Numbered from the stretch's first letter, positions 8,928 through 18,665 are shown. The stretch is 64,000 nucleotides of DNA from a virus (IMGVR_UViG_3300014656_000025:6498-70497); one strand, 5' to 3'. Notes: generated by a model not told the origin, from the sequence alone. Translations and numbers: made by a program.

Positions 8928-9746
8928 CTAGTTAGCCGCCATTTTTAGAAAATCAAACCAAGTTCCCCAACGCCATGTGTACGGCTCTTTGGTCATGGCT
9001 TTTACTGAGAAATGCTTATCTATTGCAGATAACGGGTCATCTGGATTTATTGCTGTTGCCATCAAAAACTTACGAGCATGAATTTGTGATACTGGTGTAA
9101 GTACATTCCACGGAACGGCTTGTATGGATTGCTTACTTATCTTCATCCCATTGACAGTGATAAGCGGTACGTTTATTTCGTATCTTTCTCTACAAGCTAT
9201 ATCATACAAAAACTTCTCGGTTGTGGTGTGCGATACATTGTCTGGCTTTGCACCAAAAAAGCCCGTTGATTCGGAAAACTCTGCCCCTCTAATAACTAAA
9301 GAAGGGTAGTGTATAACAATATCATCTACCATTACAGCCCCGTAAGATTCTGGGGTGATATTGGGACCATGTAGAGCAGTCCAAAATAACGGACTTGTGC
9401 ATCTCTCTACATAAGCCTGTGTTGGCATCTGTTGCGGATGCCAATAGAACTTTTCAAACTCTATCCCCAAGAAATTGATACATTCAATTAGGTCGAGCAT
9501 GAAATATGTGGCGTCACCAGTACCTATGGTTGATTCTCTATCTCCATCAAGCCTGATGTGGAATGGTGTATTGAGTTCTTGAGCGATTAAACTGCCGAGT
9601 AACAGAGTCCGAGCATGACCTATATGTGTGGCTGGTTCAATTACTTTTCCGACCGCGCTGGCTGCTACTGGTGTAATTGCTACCCTAGCTCTTTTGTATT
9701 CCACGTATATCCTTCCTTCTCTCCTCGGCCCACGGTTTCGGACCAC
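8928..9746 (-). CDS. glutamyl-tRNA synthetase-like (GluRS/GluQ) catalytic domain only
   Basis: literal HIGH motif, FHIRLD, LVIRGAEF, KMSKS-like KISKQ; no anticodon-binding domain; probable GTG start at 9704. Confidence 0.7.
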   Translation of the reverse strand: MVRNRGPRREGRIYVEYKRARVAITPVAASAVGKVIEPATHIGHARTLLLGSLIAQELNTPFHIRLDGDRESTIGTGDATYFMLDLIECINFLGIEFEKFYWHPQQMPTQAYVERCTSPLFWTALHGPNITPESYGAVMVDDIVIHYPSLVIRGAEFSESTGFFGAKPDNVSHTTTEKFLYDIACRERYEINVPLITVNGMKISKQSIQAVPWNVLTPVSQIHARKFLMATAINPDDPLSAIDKHFSVKAMTKEPYTWRWGTWFDFLKMAAN

Positions 9747-10044
9747 TTAAGGCAAGAGCAATGTATTCCTCGTGACCCGTCTTGCCAAAAGCCCAACCTA
9801 TCTCCTCTGTGTATCTGCCATCGGGCCAGAAGCATCCTGCGCGGCACAACCATAAAGCATCTCCAGTATTTATCAACGCATCCCGTATTGCTACCGTATA
9901 TCGAGCATCGGGCCAATTTTCGCCAGCTTCATGTAACCACACGGCATCTCCAGTTGCCACCAACTCATCTCTTATCGAAGAGTCCCACTCTGTGTCAGAG
10001 AGATTGCACCCCGCATGATATAACTCTTCAGCCGTGCTATTCAT
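9685..10044 (-). CDS. helical-repeat hypothetical protein
   Basis: 29-aa tandem repeat IRDxLxxTGDAxWLxxAGxxWPDxRYT. Confidence 0.6.
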   Translation of the reverse strand: MNSTAEELYHAGCNLSDTEWDSSIRDELVATGDAVWLHEAGENWPDARYTVAIRDALINTGDALWLCRAGCFWPDGRYTEEIGWAFGKTGHEEYIALALSGPKPWAEERRKDIRGIQKS

Positions 10045-11180
10045 TTTACACTCTTCGGCAACAGCTTGTCAAAGTCCACATTCGGCTTCGCAGTTTTTGC
10101 TCCACCCTGCGCGACCCATTCCTTCAACGGGAATCCCTCCCAATCAAAACTGTCCCGATACTCAATGAGACTGGCAGGCAATTCCTTCTCACTTAGTTCT
10201 GTAGACCGCAAGAGCATATAGTCTGCTACGCCCTGCTTGTAGGCTTTCAATTGTATCGTCGGCTTGGGGTTATTCATGTCCCCGCCGATAGCGTCTTTCC
10301 AGCACCACGACAGGCGAACGCGGGGCTGTACCAACCAATCCCATAAGCCAATGCTCCATCGCGTCATCTCCGGTGTGAGACCTATATGGAACGTGTGAAT
10401 GTCATAAACCCAGAACTCTTTCTTGCCAGAGATGATTGCTCTCCTACAACCGCGCAAGTCCCCGCCGATGATAATATTCACTGCTAGAATATCGAGGACA
10501 GGAACCATGTTCTTCACGTTGGGATAGCAGACTGATGTGCCACAGCGGAAGCCCAAGAAATTCCAAGCCATCGTGTTCTCCCGCATGACGGCGAATGTGT
10601 TAGACCCTTCCTTTATCAACTCACCATGACCCGGCTCGTCGAAGCTATAGAACACGAACTCCGGGTACTTGTTGGCGTACTTCCCTACATGCAAAGCGTG
10701 TGAGATAGCCTTTGCACTCCCCTCGAAATCCCACCAACTTGTCCCAGTATCAGGCTGCATATTAGCGTACTTCTTTTCCGCCTTCGCCCACTCATCATCC
10801 GAGCAAAGCAACTGCTTGTAGTAGGCCTCGGGCGCACCGATGCACAGGAGGATAGGAGCCTCGGAGTTTAGCATTTCCTCCTCGATGGCGATGTCCAGTA
10901 TCCAGACCAACCGTTCCGCCGACTTCACGTCCATCAGCGCGAACGTGTCCATACCATATTGTTTCATTAATTTGACGTTGGCTCGCCAATTATCCTGGGT
11001 TATCTCAGGGCCAACGAGATAGCAGCCGAACGCGGTCTGGGGAAGGGCTACCGATTTGCTGCTCCCCAAACCCAACTCTGCGGTACTGCCGAATCCTGCA
11101 ATGAGCATGACCACCACGACTAAGGCCATGACCGCCAGGCCATTTCGTGCATTCATCGTATTGTCCCCTTCTCTCTGCAA
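10041..11180 (-). CDS. secreted protein, possible glycoside hydrolase-like fold
   Basis: signal peptide (from MNARNG), YSFDEP, C-terminal KAYKQGVADY resembling DUF4091-type ends. Confidence 0.5.
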   Translation of the reverse strand: MQREGDNTMNARNGLAVMALVVVVMLIAGFGSTAELGLGSSKSVALPQTAFGCYLVGPEITQDNWRANVKLMKQYGMDTFALMDVKSAERLVWILDIAIEEEMLNSEAPILLCIGAPEAYYKQLLCSDDEWAKAEKKYANMQPDTGTSWWDFEGSAKAISHALHVGKYANKYPEFVFYSFDEPGHGELIKEGSNTFAVMRENTMAWNFLGFRCGTSVCYPNVKNMVPVLDILAVNIIIGGDLRGCRRAIISGKKEFWVYDIHTFHIGLTPEMTRWSIGLWDWLVQPRVRLSWCWKDAIGGDMNNPKPTIQLKAYKQGVADYMLLRSTELSEKELPASLIEYRDSFDWEGFPLKEWVAQGGAKTAKPNVDFDKLLPKSVK

Positions 11181-11231
11181 GGGGCGACACCCTTATGCAG
11201 ACCGCCGCCCCTCATTGGTCGGCGTACTACA

Positions 11232-11930
11232 TTACGGGTAGGTCCACCATTGCCAGTTAGCCATAAGGCTGCCCTGGTTTCTCGGCCTTACGTGACCATC
11301 AAAGTAGGCAATATTGTTGAAGCCGTTGTGCCCTGCGGTCTTAGGGTCAAGCACTTCCTTGCTGTCATAAGCTCCCGACCTGCTTGCCCTTTTTGGTGAT
11401 GCAAACAGGTCCCAGTTGCCATTAATGCACGGAGCCTCTTTTCCCGTCACTGGGTGACATACAAGTGGGGCCTCGGCTATGTAGAGCGTTGCCGATGGAA
11501 ATTCACACTTGTCGAGGTTGAGATATGGTACAGTACTTGTCCAGTAATACGGCAAACCATGATTTCCCCAGGCATAGCTGCTGCGGACTTGCCCCCCTGA
11601 GCAGACCCACACTGAATTGATACCTGTGCCACCATCTTGGTCTGGTATTATCCAAGGGCAGCCATACAGAGCCAACTTTTCATGTGGTGTGGATACAGCC
11701 TCATTACCGTCATCATCTGTATACCAGAATGTGGCAGGCAGGTACTGGTCATAGTCACCGGCATACAAATGTGAAGCTACTGCAATCTGTTTAAGGTTGG
11801 ATATGCAGGTTGTCTGCTTTGCCTTTGCCCTAGCCCTTGCAAACACTGGGAAAAGGATTGCTGCTAGGATAGCTATAATTGCTATCACAACTAGCAACTC
11901 AATCAATGTAAAGCCTTTTCTGTTTCTCAT
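11232..11930 (-). CDS. prepilin-type N-methylation domain protein with H-X9-DG motif (DUF1559-like)
   Basis: [45 protein letters not shown]; [14 protein letters not shown]. Confidence 0.92.
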   Translation of the reverse strand: MRNRKGFTLIELLVVIAIIAILAAILFPVFARARAKAKQTTCISNLKQIAVASHLYAGDYDQYLPATFWYTDDDGNEAVSTPHEKLALYGCPWIIPDQDGGTGINSVWVCSGGQVRSSYAWGNHGLPYYWTSTVPYLNLDKCEFPSATLYIAEAPLVCHPVTGKEAPCINGNWDLFASPKRASRSGAYDSKEVLDPKTAGHNGFNNIAYFDGHVRPRNQGSLMANWQWWTYP

Positions 11931-11956
11931 CTTACATCCCTCCTGTTTTTACACAC

Positions 11957-11986
11957 AAAAAACCACTGCCCTGTTGAGGACACTGG
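11957..11986 (-). terminator. intrinsic terminator/attenuator in the leader of the prepilin-like gene
   Basis: CCAGTGTCCT-CAAC-AGGGCAGTGG followed by T6, upstream of the RBS. Confidence 0.6.
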
Positions 11987-12061
11987 CTGTGGTACTGCCC
12001 AAAATAAACCGTCTTGCCCGATGTACACATCAATCTCCAATCAATTGCCTATCTGTGTTAT

Positions 12062-12090
12062 ATTCTAAACGAAATCCACGGAATTGTCAA
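12062..12090 (-). promoter_or_regulatory. sigma70-type promoter
   Basis: TTGACA-N17-TAGAAT. Confidence 0.7.
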
Positions 12091-12103
12091 TACTACTATC
12101 GCG

Positions 12104-13243
12104 TTATTCAAAAAGTTTTTTTGCAGCAAGAAACGCAGTCTTATATTCATCGTGCCTATCAACTGCCTCTAATGCAATCTTATCTCCACACAACATTCCA
12201 GAAACCCCAATATCTACACCTGCTTTTGAGTTCGTGGTCAAGTTTCTAACAACAGATGTATCTGAATGAACTGTTTCTGCTCCAACAATCAATTTCCACT
12301 CAAGCGGTTTGGCGGTTGCCTTCTTTATGCTTGCGTGACTATCTGCAAACCAAACAGGCCAATCACCACTCAATGCAAAATGACAAGCCACAACAACTAT
12401 CGGCTCTGCCCCTCTGGAAATAACGTGCTGTCTCCACGTTTCTACAGGAAGGATACTGTCAGCGGTTCCATTAGCCATGTTAACTTCTGTCCAGTCTGTA
12501 TGTGGCACCATCCACGTCCAAATATGTTTCATTCCAGCGTCAATAGCAACGTCTGTTAGGCGAATCAATTTACTAATCCATCCATCTTGATACCATCTAT
12601 AAAAATCCTGCTGATGTTCTGCACACGCACCTTCAAAGCATTGACACGCTTCTATCATTGGCTCACCACCGCTAAATGCTTTCCATTGCGCTTGCGCCTC
12701 ATCATCCCAACTCCAATAGTAACGAGTGCCTTGAATAGCATTGTCTCCAAAAGGATACCAATCAGTTGGATACCAGCGGTCACAAATAAGTGCGTTGATA
12801 AGGACGCCATCCAAACCAACGCTTACAAGTGTATCAATAGATTTTGCGCAAATTTCTTCTGCCTCTTTACTCCAATGCGAAGGGCCATAAACTCGACCAC
12901 CACCTACTCCAGCATTATTTCTTCCATCATATGCCTGAAACGCATACTTTTCATTACCCACCAAACCAAGGCCACCATAATCCGGCCAACGTGCAACATA
13001 CTCCATCCCTTCGTTGTGTGCGTGTTCGACTTCACTATTCCAAGCGAAATTATCCTTTACGCCATCGTTTAGAATGAAATCAAATCCCCAATCAGAAAGC
13101 ACTTTGATGTCGTCTGGCTTGTGTACATTTCCACTAGATGTAGCAAGCATTTTACTTGCACTCCTTTTTTTAATTGTGGCATTTAGAAAAGACGCGATAG
13201 TTTGGTACTGGGTCTGCACCTGCATTTTCTCCCAACAATTCAA
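12104..13243 (-). CDS. hypothetical protein, possible glycoside hydrolase-like TIM barrel
   Basis: 379-aa Trp/Asp-rich ORF co-oriented with the GT cluster; fold call is tentative. Confidence 0.45.
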   Translation of the reverse strand: MNCWEKMQVQTQYQTIASFLNATIKKRSASKMLATSSGNVHKPDDIKVLSDWGFDFILNDGVKDNFAWNSEVEHAHNEGMEYVARWPDYGGLGLVGNEKYAFQAYDGRNNAGVGGGRVYGPSHWSKEAEEICAKSIDTLVSVGLDGVLINALICDRWYPTDWYPFGDNAIQGTRYYWSWDDEAQAQWKAFSGGEPMIEACQCFEGACAEHQQDFYRWYQDGWISKLIRLTDVAIDAGMKHIWTWMVPHTDWTEVNMANGTADSILPVETWRQHVISRGAEPIVVVACHFALSGDWPVWFADSHASIKKATAKPLEWKLIVGAETVHSDTSVVRNLTTNSKAGVDIGVSGMLCGDKIALEAVDRHDEYKTAFLAAKKLFE

Positions 13244-13267
13244 CCAGCGCGAGTAATTGCTGCCACA

Positions 13268-14113
13268 TCAGCTCACGCCCCACTTTTTGTTGACATTTGC
13301 CTTGGCTTCCAATTCAACCATCATGCGCTCTGATTGGTCGGGCCAGCGTAATCCAGTGCTTGCACAACAACGACTATGACCAGCGATGGCCTTATCACTA
13401 ATCACAAGGTCTAATTTAGCACGCATAGTTATCTGATAAGACAGGTCAAAATCACAATAATACAGCGAGAATTCTGGGTCTGGATGAATAACATACTCAC
13501 CGTTCTCATCCTTCAGATTCATTGTGGACATCGGTATCCACAGACAAGCCGCATGTGACCACCATACATTATCAAGCCTTGGAACATCTCCGGCATCCCA
13601 GCTGCCTATTTCTTGTCCTATTTCCAAACTGAGGAAGTTGTCTTCTCCTCCTGCTCTTCCAGCAGACATTCCTCCGAAACTTGTGATGCGATTTCCACCA
13701 ACATCTGTAAACAGTGGCGTGATTGCACCAGCCTGTTCTCCATAAATACGTTGTGCATCACGAAACGCTTCGACAATACCAGCACGAGGAATAACATCAG
13801 ACTCCACAATCCACAATGCCTCAGGTTGTTCTCTGCGTGCAATATCAAACATATTGCCAAGAGACGTGCCTAAGTTCGGCGACTCTGTGCATCCTATCTC
13901 GTCACAACGATAAACACGCCTCTCACCTACGCACTCAGAGCCACGCATAACGTCTCCTGGTAGTGAAGCATAAAAATCACTATCCGGTGGGTTTGAGAAA
14001 TCATCTCCGATGTAGTGAACGAACGGCTTAGGCGTGATTAGGTCGATAGTAGAAATCGTCCTCATAGCTGTAGGAAATGCGTTGTGTACTGCGGTGAATA
14101 CCAATATCATCAT
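13268..14113 (-). CDS. glycosyltransferase, GT-A (GT2-like)
   Basis: ALWIVESDV (DxD-like), FSLYYCDFDLSYQI, AIAGH. Confidence 0.7.
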   Translation of the reverse strand: MMILVFTAVHNAFPTAMRTISTIDLITPKPFVHYIGDDFSNPPDSDFYASLPGDVMRGSECVGERRVYRCDEIGCTESPNLGTSLGNMFDIARREQPEALWIVESDVIPRAGIVEAFRDAQRIYGEQAGAITPLFTDVGGNRITSFGGMSAGRAGGEDNFLSLEIGQEIGSWDAGDVPRLDNVWWSHAACLWIPMSTMNLKDENGEYVIHPDPEFSLYYCDFDLSYQITMRAKLDLVISDKAIAGHSRCCASTGLRWPDQSERMMVELEAKANVNKKWGVS

Positions 14114-15144
14114 TCTTCTCCTCGGTTTTTGGCGAACTCCATCATTGCATACAGTAGGAATTCAGCGGTATAGTGTTGCATACACACTACTACATCTTCT
14201 TTGAATTCACAAGGTGGCCGAACACCAATGTGGTCTCCACATGGCGCACAGCGGGAAATAGCATCATAGGCTACCACGTTGTTTGCGACAATGATACGGT
14301 TTTTAGCTGGCACATGCGAGAATAATATCATCGTGGGCTTGCCCATTGCCAACCCTGCAAACACTGGTCCGGTATCAACCCCGATAACCCCAGCACCCCC
14401 CTGAATCAAAGCAAATAATTCTGGAAAGTTTATATGTGCAGCTAGGTTGATAACACGTTCCGAACTTGTTTCATATGGCATTGCGTCAATCAACACAAGC
14501 GACATGTCTGTCTTTTTCAACACAGTATCAATCACATTCCGTGGCAATGACCGAGGCCCGCGCCCCGATGCAAACGGCACAAAGACATAGTAAGGCTTAT
14601 CAGGCAACGTCATAATATTTTTAGGAACATCTATAGGAAATTGCATTGAAGACAAACGTACGCCAAACACATCTGCCATTGCAACTGTCCTGTCTCCGAT
14701 GTTTGCAGGCAGGTTGTCAAAGTTGACAACGGTATTAGCTTTGTTGTCCAAACCAGCCTTGACAAATGGCAACCACGTTAGCCATTCATTGTCATGATTT
14801 GTGGCCTGAAACGATACACTCATCTTCGGATATTTCTGACAATATGTGTAAGTAGCAGCTAATGCAAATATCCTGTCTCCAAGTCCTGGTTGGCGAATTA
14901 CTTGCACAGGCGAAATGATTTCACCTTGGGGGTCAAGCACACCCCTACCTATTAGTTTTGTGCCAGCATTCGTTTCTTTAACAACAACATTTCGGTACTG
15001 AATAATAGCATCTGCATCATCTACTTGCCGAAGAAAACTATCCAGTTGATTGGTAGCAAATTTTGTTATCACGCGATGGCGACCTCCACACACCAAAGAG
15101 ATGCCTACTCTCTGCTGGGCCACTAATTTCCACCGCGTCTCCAA
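14110..15144 (-). CDS. GT9 (heptosyltransferase-like) glycosyltransferase
   Basis: GLGDRIFAL; VIGVDTGPVFAGLAMGKPTMILF; C-terminal CAPC..PPC..CM. Confidence 0.8.
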   Translation of the reverse strand: METRWKLVAQQRVGISLVCGGRHRVITKFATNQLDSFLRQVDDADAIIQYRNVVVKETNAGTKLIGRGVLDPQGEIISPVQVIRQPGLGDRIFALAATYTYCQKYPKMSVSFQATNHDNEWLTWLPFVKAGLDNKANTVVNFDNLPANIGDRTVAMADVFGVRLSSMQFPIDVPKNIMTLPDKPYYVFVPFASGRGPRSLPRNVIDTVLKKTDMSLVLIDAMPYETSSERVINLAAHINFPELFALIQGGAGVIGVDTGPVFAGLAMGKPTMILFSHVPAKNRIIVANNVVAYDAISRCAPCGDHIGVRPPCEFKEDVVVCMQHYTAEFLLYAMMEFAKNRGEE

Positions 15145-15751
15145 ACACGCTCAACATCAGTTCTCGAAACGTCTTTGCTGAATAAGAACAGGTCAATGGT
15201 GAATGTACTGGAGGAGCTACTTCCGCCAACGGCATTGATCGCCAATCATCTCCATACGTCGCCTGTTGGTAACTGGCTGGATGAAACAGCGGATTTTGTG
15301 TGGCGCAAACAAATGCTCCCCGCACCATCTGCTTCGCATGAAACAGTGCGCCATCCGGTCTTCCGCGCAGATGTTGAATTACGTCAGACATCACCACCAC
15401 ATCAAATTCCTCATCAAGGAAGGACATTTCAATATCCAATTCTTCGTAGCGCACGGAGGCGTAGTCGAGCAAATCTCGCGTGATGTACGCCGCGTCCTCA
15501 TCTAGGCCGATAACATCAATACAAGTCACATCCCAACCCCAACTGCTGGCCCAAACCGGCATTGTGCCCCATCCTGGCCCGATGTCTAACAGTGTTCCAC
15601 GAACATCTGCGCCACCGAGTATTTTCCAAAGAAATGGGAAGTGCGTTTGCTCCCACGCCCGATATTGCTCGACATAGTACGACCTTGGCGCGAAGTTGGC
15701 TACCACTGCCTGCGCTTCATCCAAAGCCATTTCTGATTTCATCTCTTGCAC
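15038..15751 (-). CDS. class I SAM-dependent methyltransferase
   Basis: LLDIGPGWG, VTCID, FDVVVMSDVIQHL. Confidence 0.85.
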   Translation of the reverse strand: MQEMKSEMALDEAQAVVANFAPRSYYVEQYRAWEQTHFPFLWKILGGADVRGTLLDIGPGWGTMPVWASSWGWDVTCIDVIGLDEDAAYITRDLLDYASVRYEELDIEMSFLDEEFDVVVMSDVIQHLRGRPDGALFHAKQMVRGAFVCATQNPLFHPASYQQATYGDDWRSMPLAEVAPPVHSPLTCSYSAKTFRELMLSVFGDAVEISGPAESRHLFGVWRSPSRDNKICYQSTG

Positions 15752-15752
15752 G

Positions 15753-16460
15753 TTAACTCACCTTCCGCTTCGGATTCACTATTTGTCTCACAGCTACTTC
15801 CATATCGTAATCACGCATAGATAAGTCCAACCAATCAAACATTCCTTGCAAACATCCTTCTGGGTCTTTTTCCAGTTCATCTGTGTCCAACCAGAACCCA
15901 CCTGGACATTCCCTTGCCGTCTTCAGCCTGTTTTTGATAGAATCCACTACTGCGTCTGGGTCAGTACACCAAGGTTGTCTCTTCCAAGAGTCCACAGTGT
16001 CATTGAAGTCCCTTGCCGCAAAGATGAACTTACTGGTCGGCAACATCTCTCGCACGATATACCAATTGTCCATATAAGCGATAGCCTTATCACCCACATA
16101 GCGCATCTCCGGCCAGATGTTCTTGACCGCCTCACAGAATCCAGCAACCAACTCATTCCCAGTCCTCTCTGTTCCAGGCGTAGCACACCACTGTGCTAAC
16201 CAACATCTTCGCATCATATGCAAACCAAGACTCAATTCGTGCGGTGTCTGTTCCCCAGTTTTCTGCCAAGTCAATTTGTATCTAGCTCCAGCATCCGTAG
16301 GCGGCACAGGTGGGTGCAGAAGATTGTAGAATCCCAGCGGGAACTCTGATTCATAGCAAATATGTACCTCTGGATGCAGGTTCAACAACCACGCTACCAC
16401 CGTTGTTCTCGTGCGCCCCGCTCCACTAACAAACAGAAACTCCTGTTCACCATCCAACAT
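15753..16460 (-). CDS. sulfotransferase family protein
   Basis: 5'-PSB-like FVSGAGRTRTT..LLNLHP, GDK, KFIFAARD..D...SW. Confidence 0.75.
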   Translation of the reverse strand: MLDGEQEFLFVSGAGRTRTTVVAWLLNLHPEVHICYESEFPLGFYNLLHPPVPPTDAGARYKLTWQKTGEQTPHELSLGLHMMRRCWLAQWCATPGTERTGNELVAGFCEAVKNIWPEMRYVGDKAIAYMDNWYIVREMLPTSKFIFAARDFNDTVDSWKRQPWCTDPDAVVDSIKNRLKTARECPGGFWLDTDELEKDPEGCLQGMFDWLDLSMRDYDMEVAVRQIVNPKRKVS

Positions 16461-16472
16461 TGCTGTTTCTCC

Positions 16473-18665
16473 CTATGTTTCAACCATTGGTTCCCGAATG
16501 ATAAACTTCCAGAGGTCTGGACAAGGACAAGCGTAGCTTGTACACGGTTCTGGATGTTCCAATAACTTCAGGTTAGCATCGAACAAATTGCCCATATCAT
16601 TATGCCCGCGAGTTGTTGAGCACCTGTGCATACTGCCATCCCAATCTATCCAGACATACTTTACACCACACCAACAGCGCAGGCCCTCTGGCGTCTCTCC
16701 TCGAAGCAGCGGTTTGTTTATCTCTCCATAGAACTTCGTCATGGCTTCTTCAACTACCTGCCATTCATCTTCACTGTATGCATCTGGATAAGACTCCCCA
16801 CGATACATGCCAGCAAACCTTAACACACTTGCTGCAATATCTTCATCCTTAAGCATCTTTAACCACTGAGGAATGTGCGGCAAGTACGGCGGATAACCAA
16901 CAATCTCACATATACCACAATGGTATCCAGCGTCATCAATCTGCTTGCGCTTGGCAAGAAACTTATCTAGTCCATCTTCGACACCCCAATAGTGCGGATG
17001 AAAACTGGTGCAAAACGCCACATTGCCATTTGCTGGCACAAACCTCGTGAGTCTCTCTATGGGAAAGACAATGTTTGATACCACATCCACTTTGTTCCTG
17101 CTGGCAAGTTGTCCAACTACCCAAGCCGCTTCATCTGAAGCCATTGATTCTCCATAACACAGACTGATATACATTGGCCCATATTGGTCTCCGAGCCGCA
17201 AAAGGGCATCAGAGACTTCTTCTGGAGTACGAGGGAATCCAAAGTGTCCACTCTGTTCAGAACGGACAGCAGCAGTAGAACAATAAGGGCATGGCGGAAA
17301 CATATCACAAGCAGATGTACCAGTGTAGGTAACGCGAAGATTACAATCGGCTTCAGTGAGATTAGTCCTATCCAGATGCGATGGTGATATATTGCGCGAT
17401 TCTACACTGGTCTTTTTTGGCTTTTTCTTATCGTGTGCCTTGATTAACGATAGGAAATCATTACTTCTCTTTTGCCAAGTATTTGCCTTAATAACCTTGG
17501 TTGCATCCTTGCGGGGAATGGGGTCGGCTGCTAATGCTTTTTTTACTTGCTTGGATAGGGACCTTGCTCCTCTTGCGCCAAAAAACACCCACGGCGAACC
17601 CCTCAGGTCTGTCATTACCCAACTAGCAACAGTGGGAATACAGGCGGCTATGTGGTCCCAATATTTTATCGGATTGACTGAACTACAAATACTCAGGTCT
17701 CTAAACGGGATAATACCAACATCAGAATGTTTGATGTATTTAATTGCTTCTGGATATGGCTTCTCTCCGACGAAGCGAAAGTTCTTCAAATCCCTAAAGT
17801 ACGGAGGCGGATTAGGAGCATCGCCAACAATATTGAAGGCTATGTTTGGCAAGTCAACAGCCGTTTGGTAGAGCAGTTCCCAATCAAACCAGTTTCCAGA
17901 AAGATAACCACAATAGACGACATTACCATCAGGACTAAACAGCATATCACCTGGTTGTTCACAGTCACCTATCATAGCAGGCACAGCATTAAGGATAAGC
18001 GTCGCATCCCTGCCGGACATTTCTTTTATGTTGTCCTGTATCTGCTTTGCTGAACATGTTAAAACATCTGCTGTTTGTAATAGTTTAAGCTCTATTAGTT
18101 CATCATACCACGTTGCCTCATCCAACTTGTAAAACGCCTTCCAGTCATCAAGCACATCGTAAATTAGTGTCCAGCCAGCATCTTTGAACAACTTGGCGTA
18201 TGGAAAATACTCAGAAAGATGACACAAAACAACTCCTGGCTCCATAGCCAAGAGGTCGTTCAACATTGCATCAAGCGCCTTGGTGTTGATTACAAGTGGG
18301 CCGCCAGCCCATTCTGCCATAGCAACTAGGCGATTTACATAGATAAGATTAATACCAGATTGAGACAAACACCTTCCCAATGCTACTGGTCGTTGACCTC
18401 CACCAGAGCAATCCCACTTACATCCAGAAAACATAATCATCGTCTGTCCACTCGGCCACAAACTTGGGTCGGCTAGTGAAAGGGTTTGCACGCAATCTGT
18501 GGATGTACTAGGTATGTTTTGTGCTTGCTCGGCAACGTTATATCCAACACCCGTCAATATCAACCTTGTGTTTTTGTCTCCAGTGAAAACCTGACCATTA
18601 TCCTGCATTTCCATCTCCCTTAAGCCGCAATTGCTAACCCAGTTCTTGTGTAAGTAAAATCGCAA
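16473..18665 (-). CDS. fusion of a GT4-like glycosyltransferase and a radical SAM/SPASM domain
   Basis: YDVLDDW, DVGIIPF..NPIKYWDHIAACIPTV; then CDMFPPCPYC, GES; SPASM-like CWCG..IDWDGSMHRC..CPC; probable start near 18611. Confidence 0.75.
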   Translation of the reverse strand: MRFYLHKNWVSNCGLREMEMQDNGQVFTGDKNTRLILTGVGYNVAEQAQNIPSTSTDCVQTLSLADPSLWPSGQTMIMFSGCKWDCSGGGQRPVALGRCLSQSGINLIYVNRLVAMAEWAGGPLVINTKALDAMLNDLLAMEPGVVLCHLSEYFPYAKLFKDAGWTLIYDVLDDWKAFYKLDEATWYDELIELKLLQTADVLTCSAKQIQDNIKEMSGRDATLILNAVPAMIGDCEQPGDMLFSPDGNVVYCGYLSGNWFDWELLYQTAVDLPNIAFNIVGDAPNPPPYFRDLKNFRFVGEKPYPEAIKYIKHSDVGIIPFRDLSICSSVNPIKYWDHIAACIPTVASWVMTDLRGSPWVFFGARGARSLSKQVKKALAADPIPRKDATKVIKANTWQKRSNDFLSLIKAHDKKKPKKTSVESRNISPSHLDRTNLTEADCNLRVTYTGTSACDMFPPCPYCSTAAVRSEQSGHFGFPRTPEEVSDALLRLGDQYGPMYISLCYGESMASDEAAWVVGQLASRNKVDVVSNIVFPIERLTRFVPANGNVAFCTSFHPHYWGVEDGLDKFLAKRKQIDDAGYHCGICEIVGYPPYLPHIPQWLKMLKDEDIAASVLRFAGMYRGESYPDAYSEDEWQVVEEAMTKFYGEINKPLLRGETPEGLRCWCGVKYVWIDWDGSMHRCSTTRGHNDMGNLFDANLKLLEHPEPCTSYACPCPDLWKFIIREPMVET

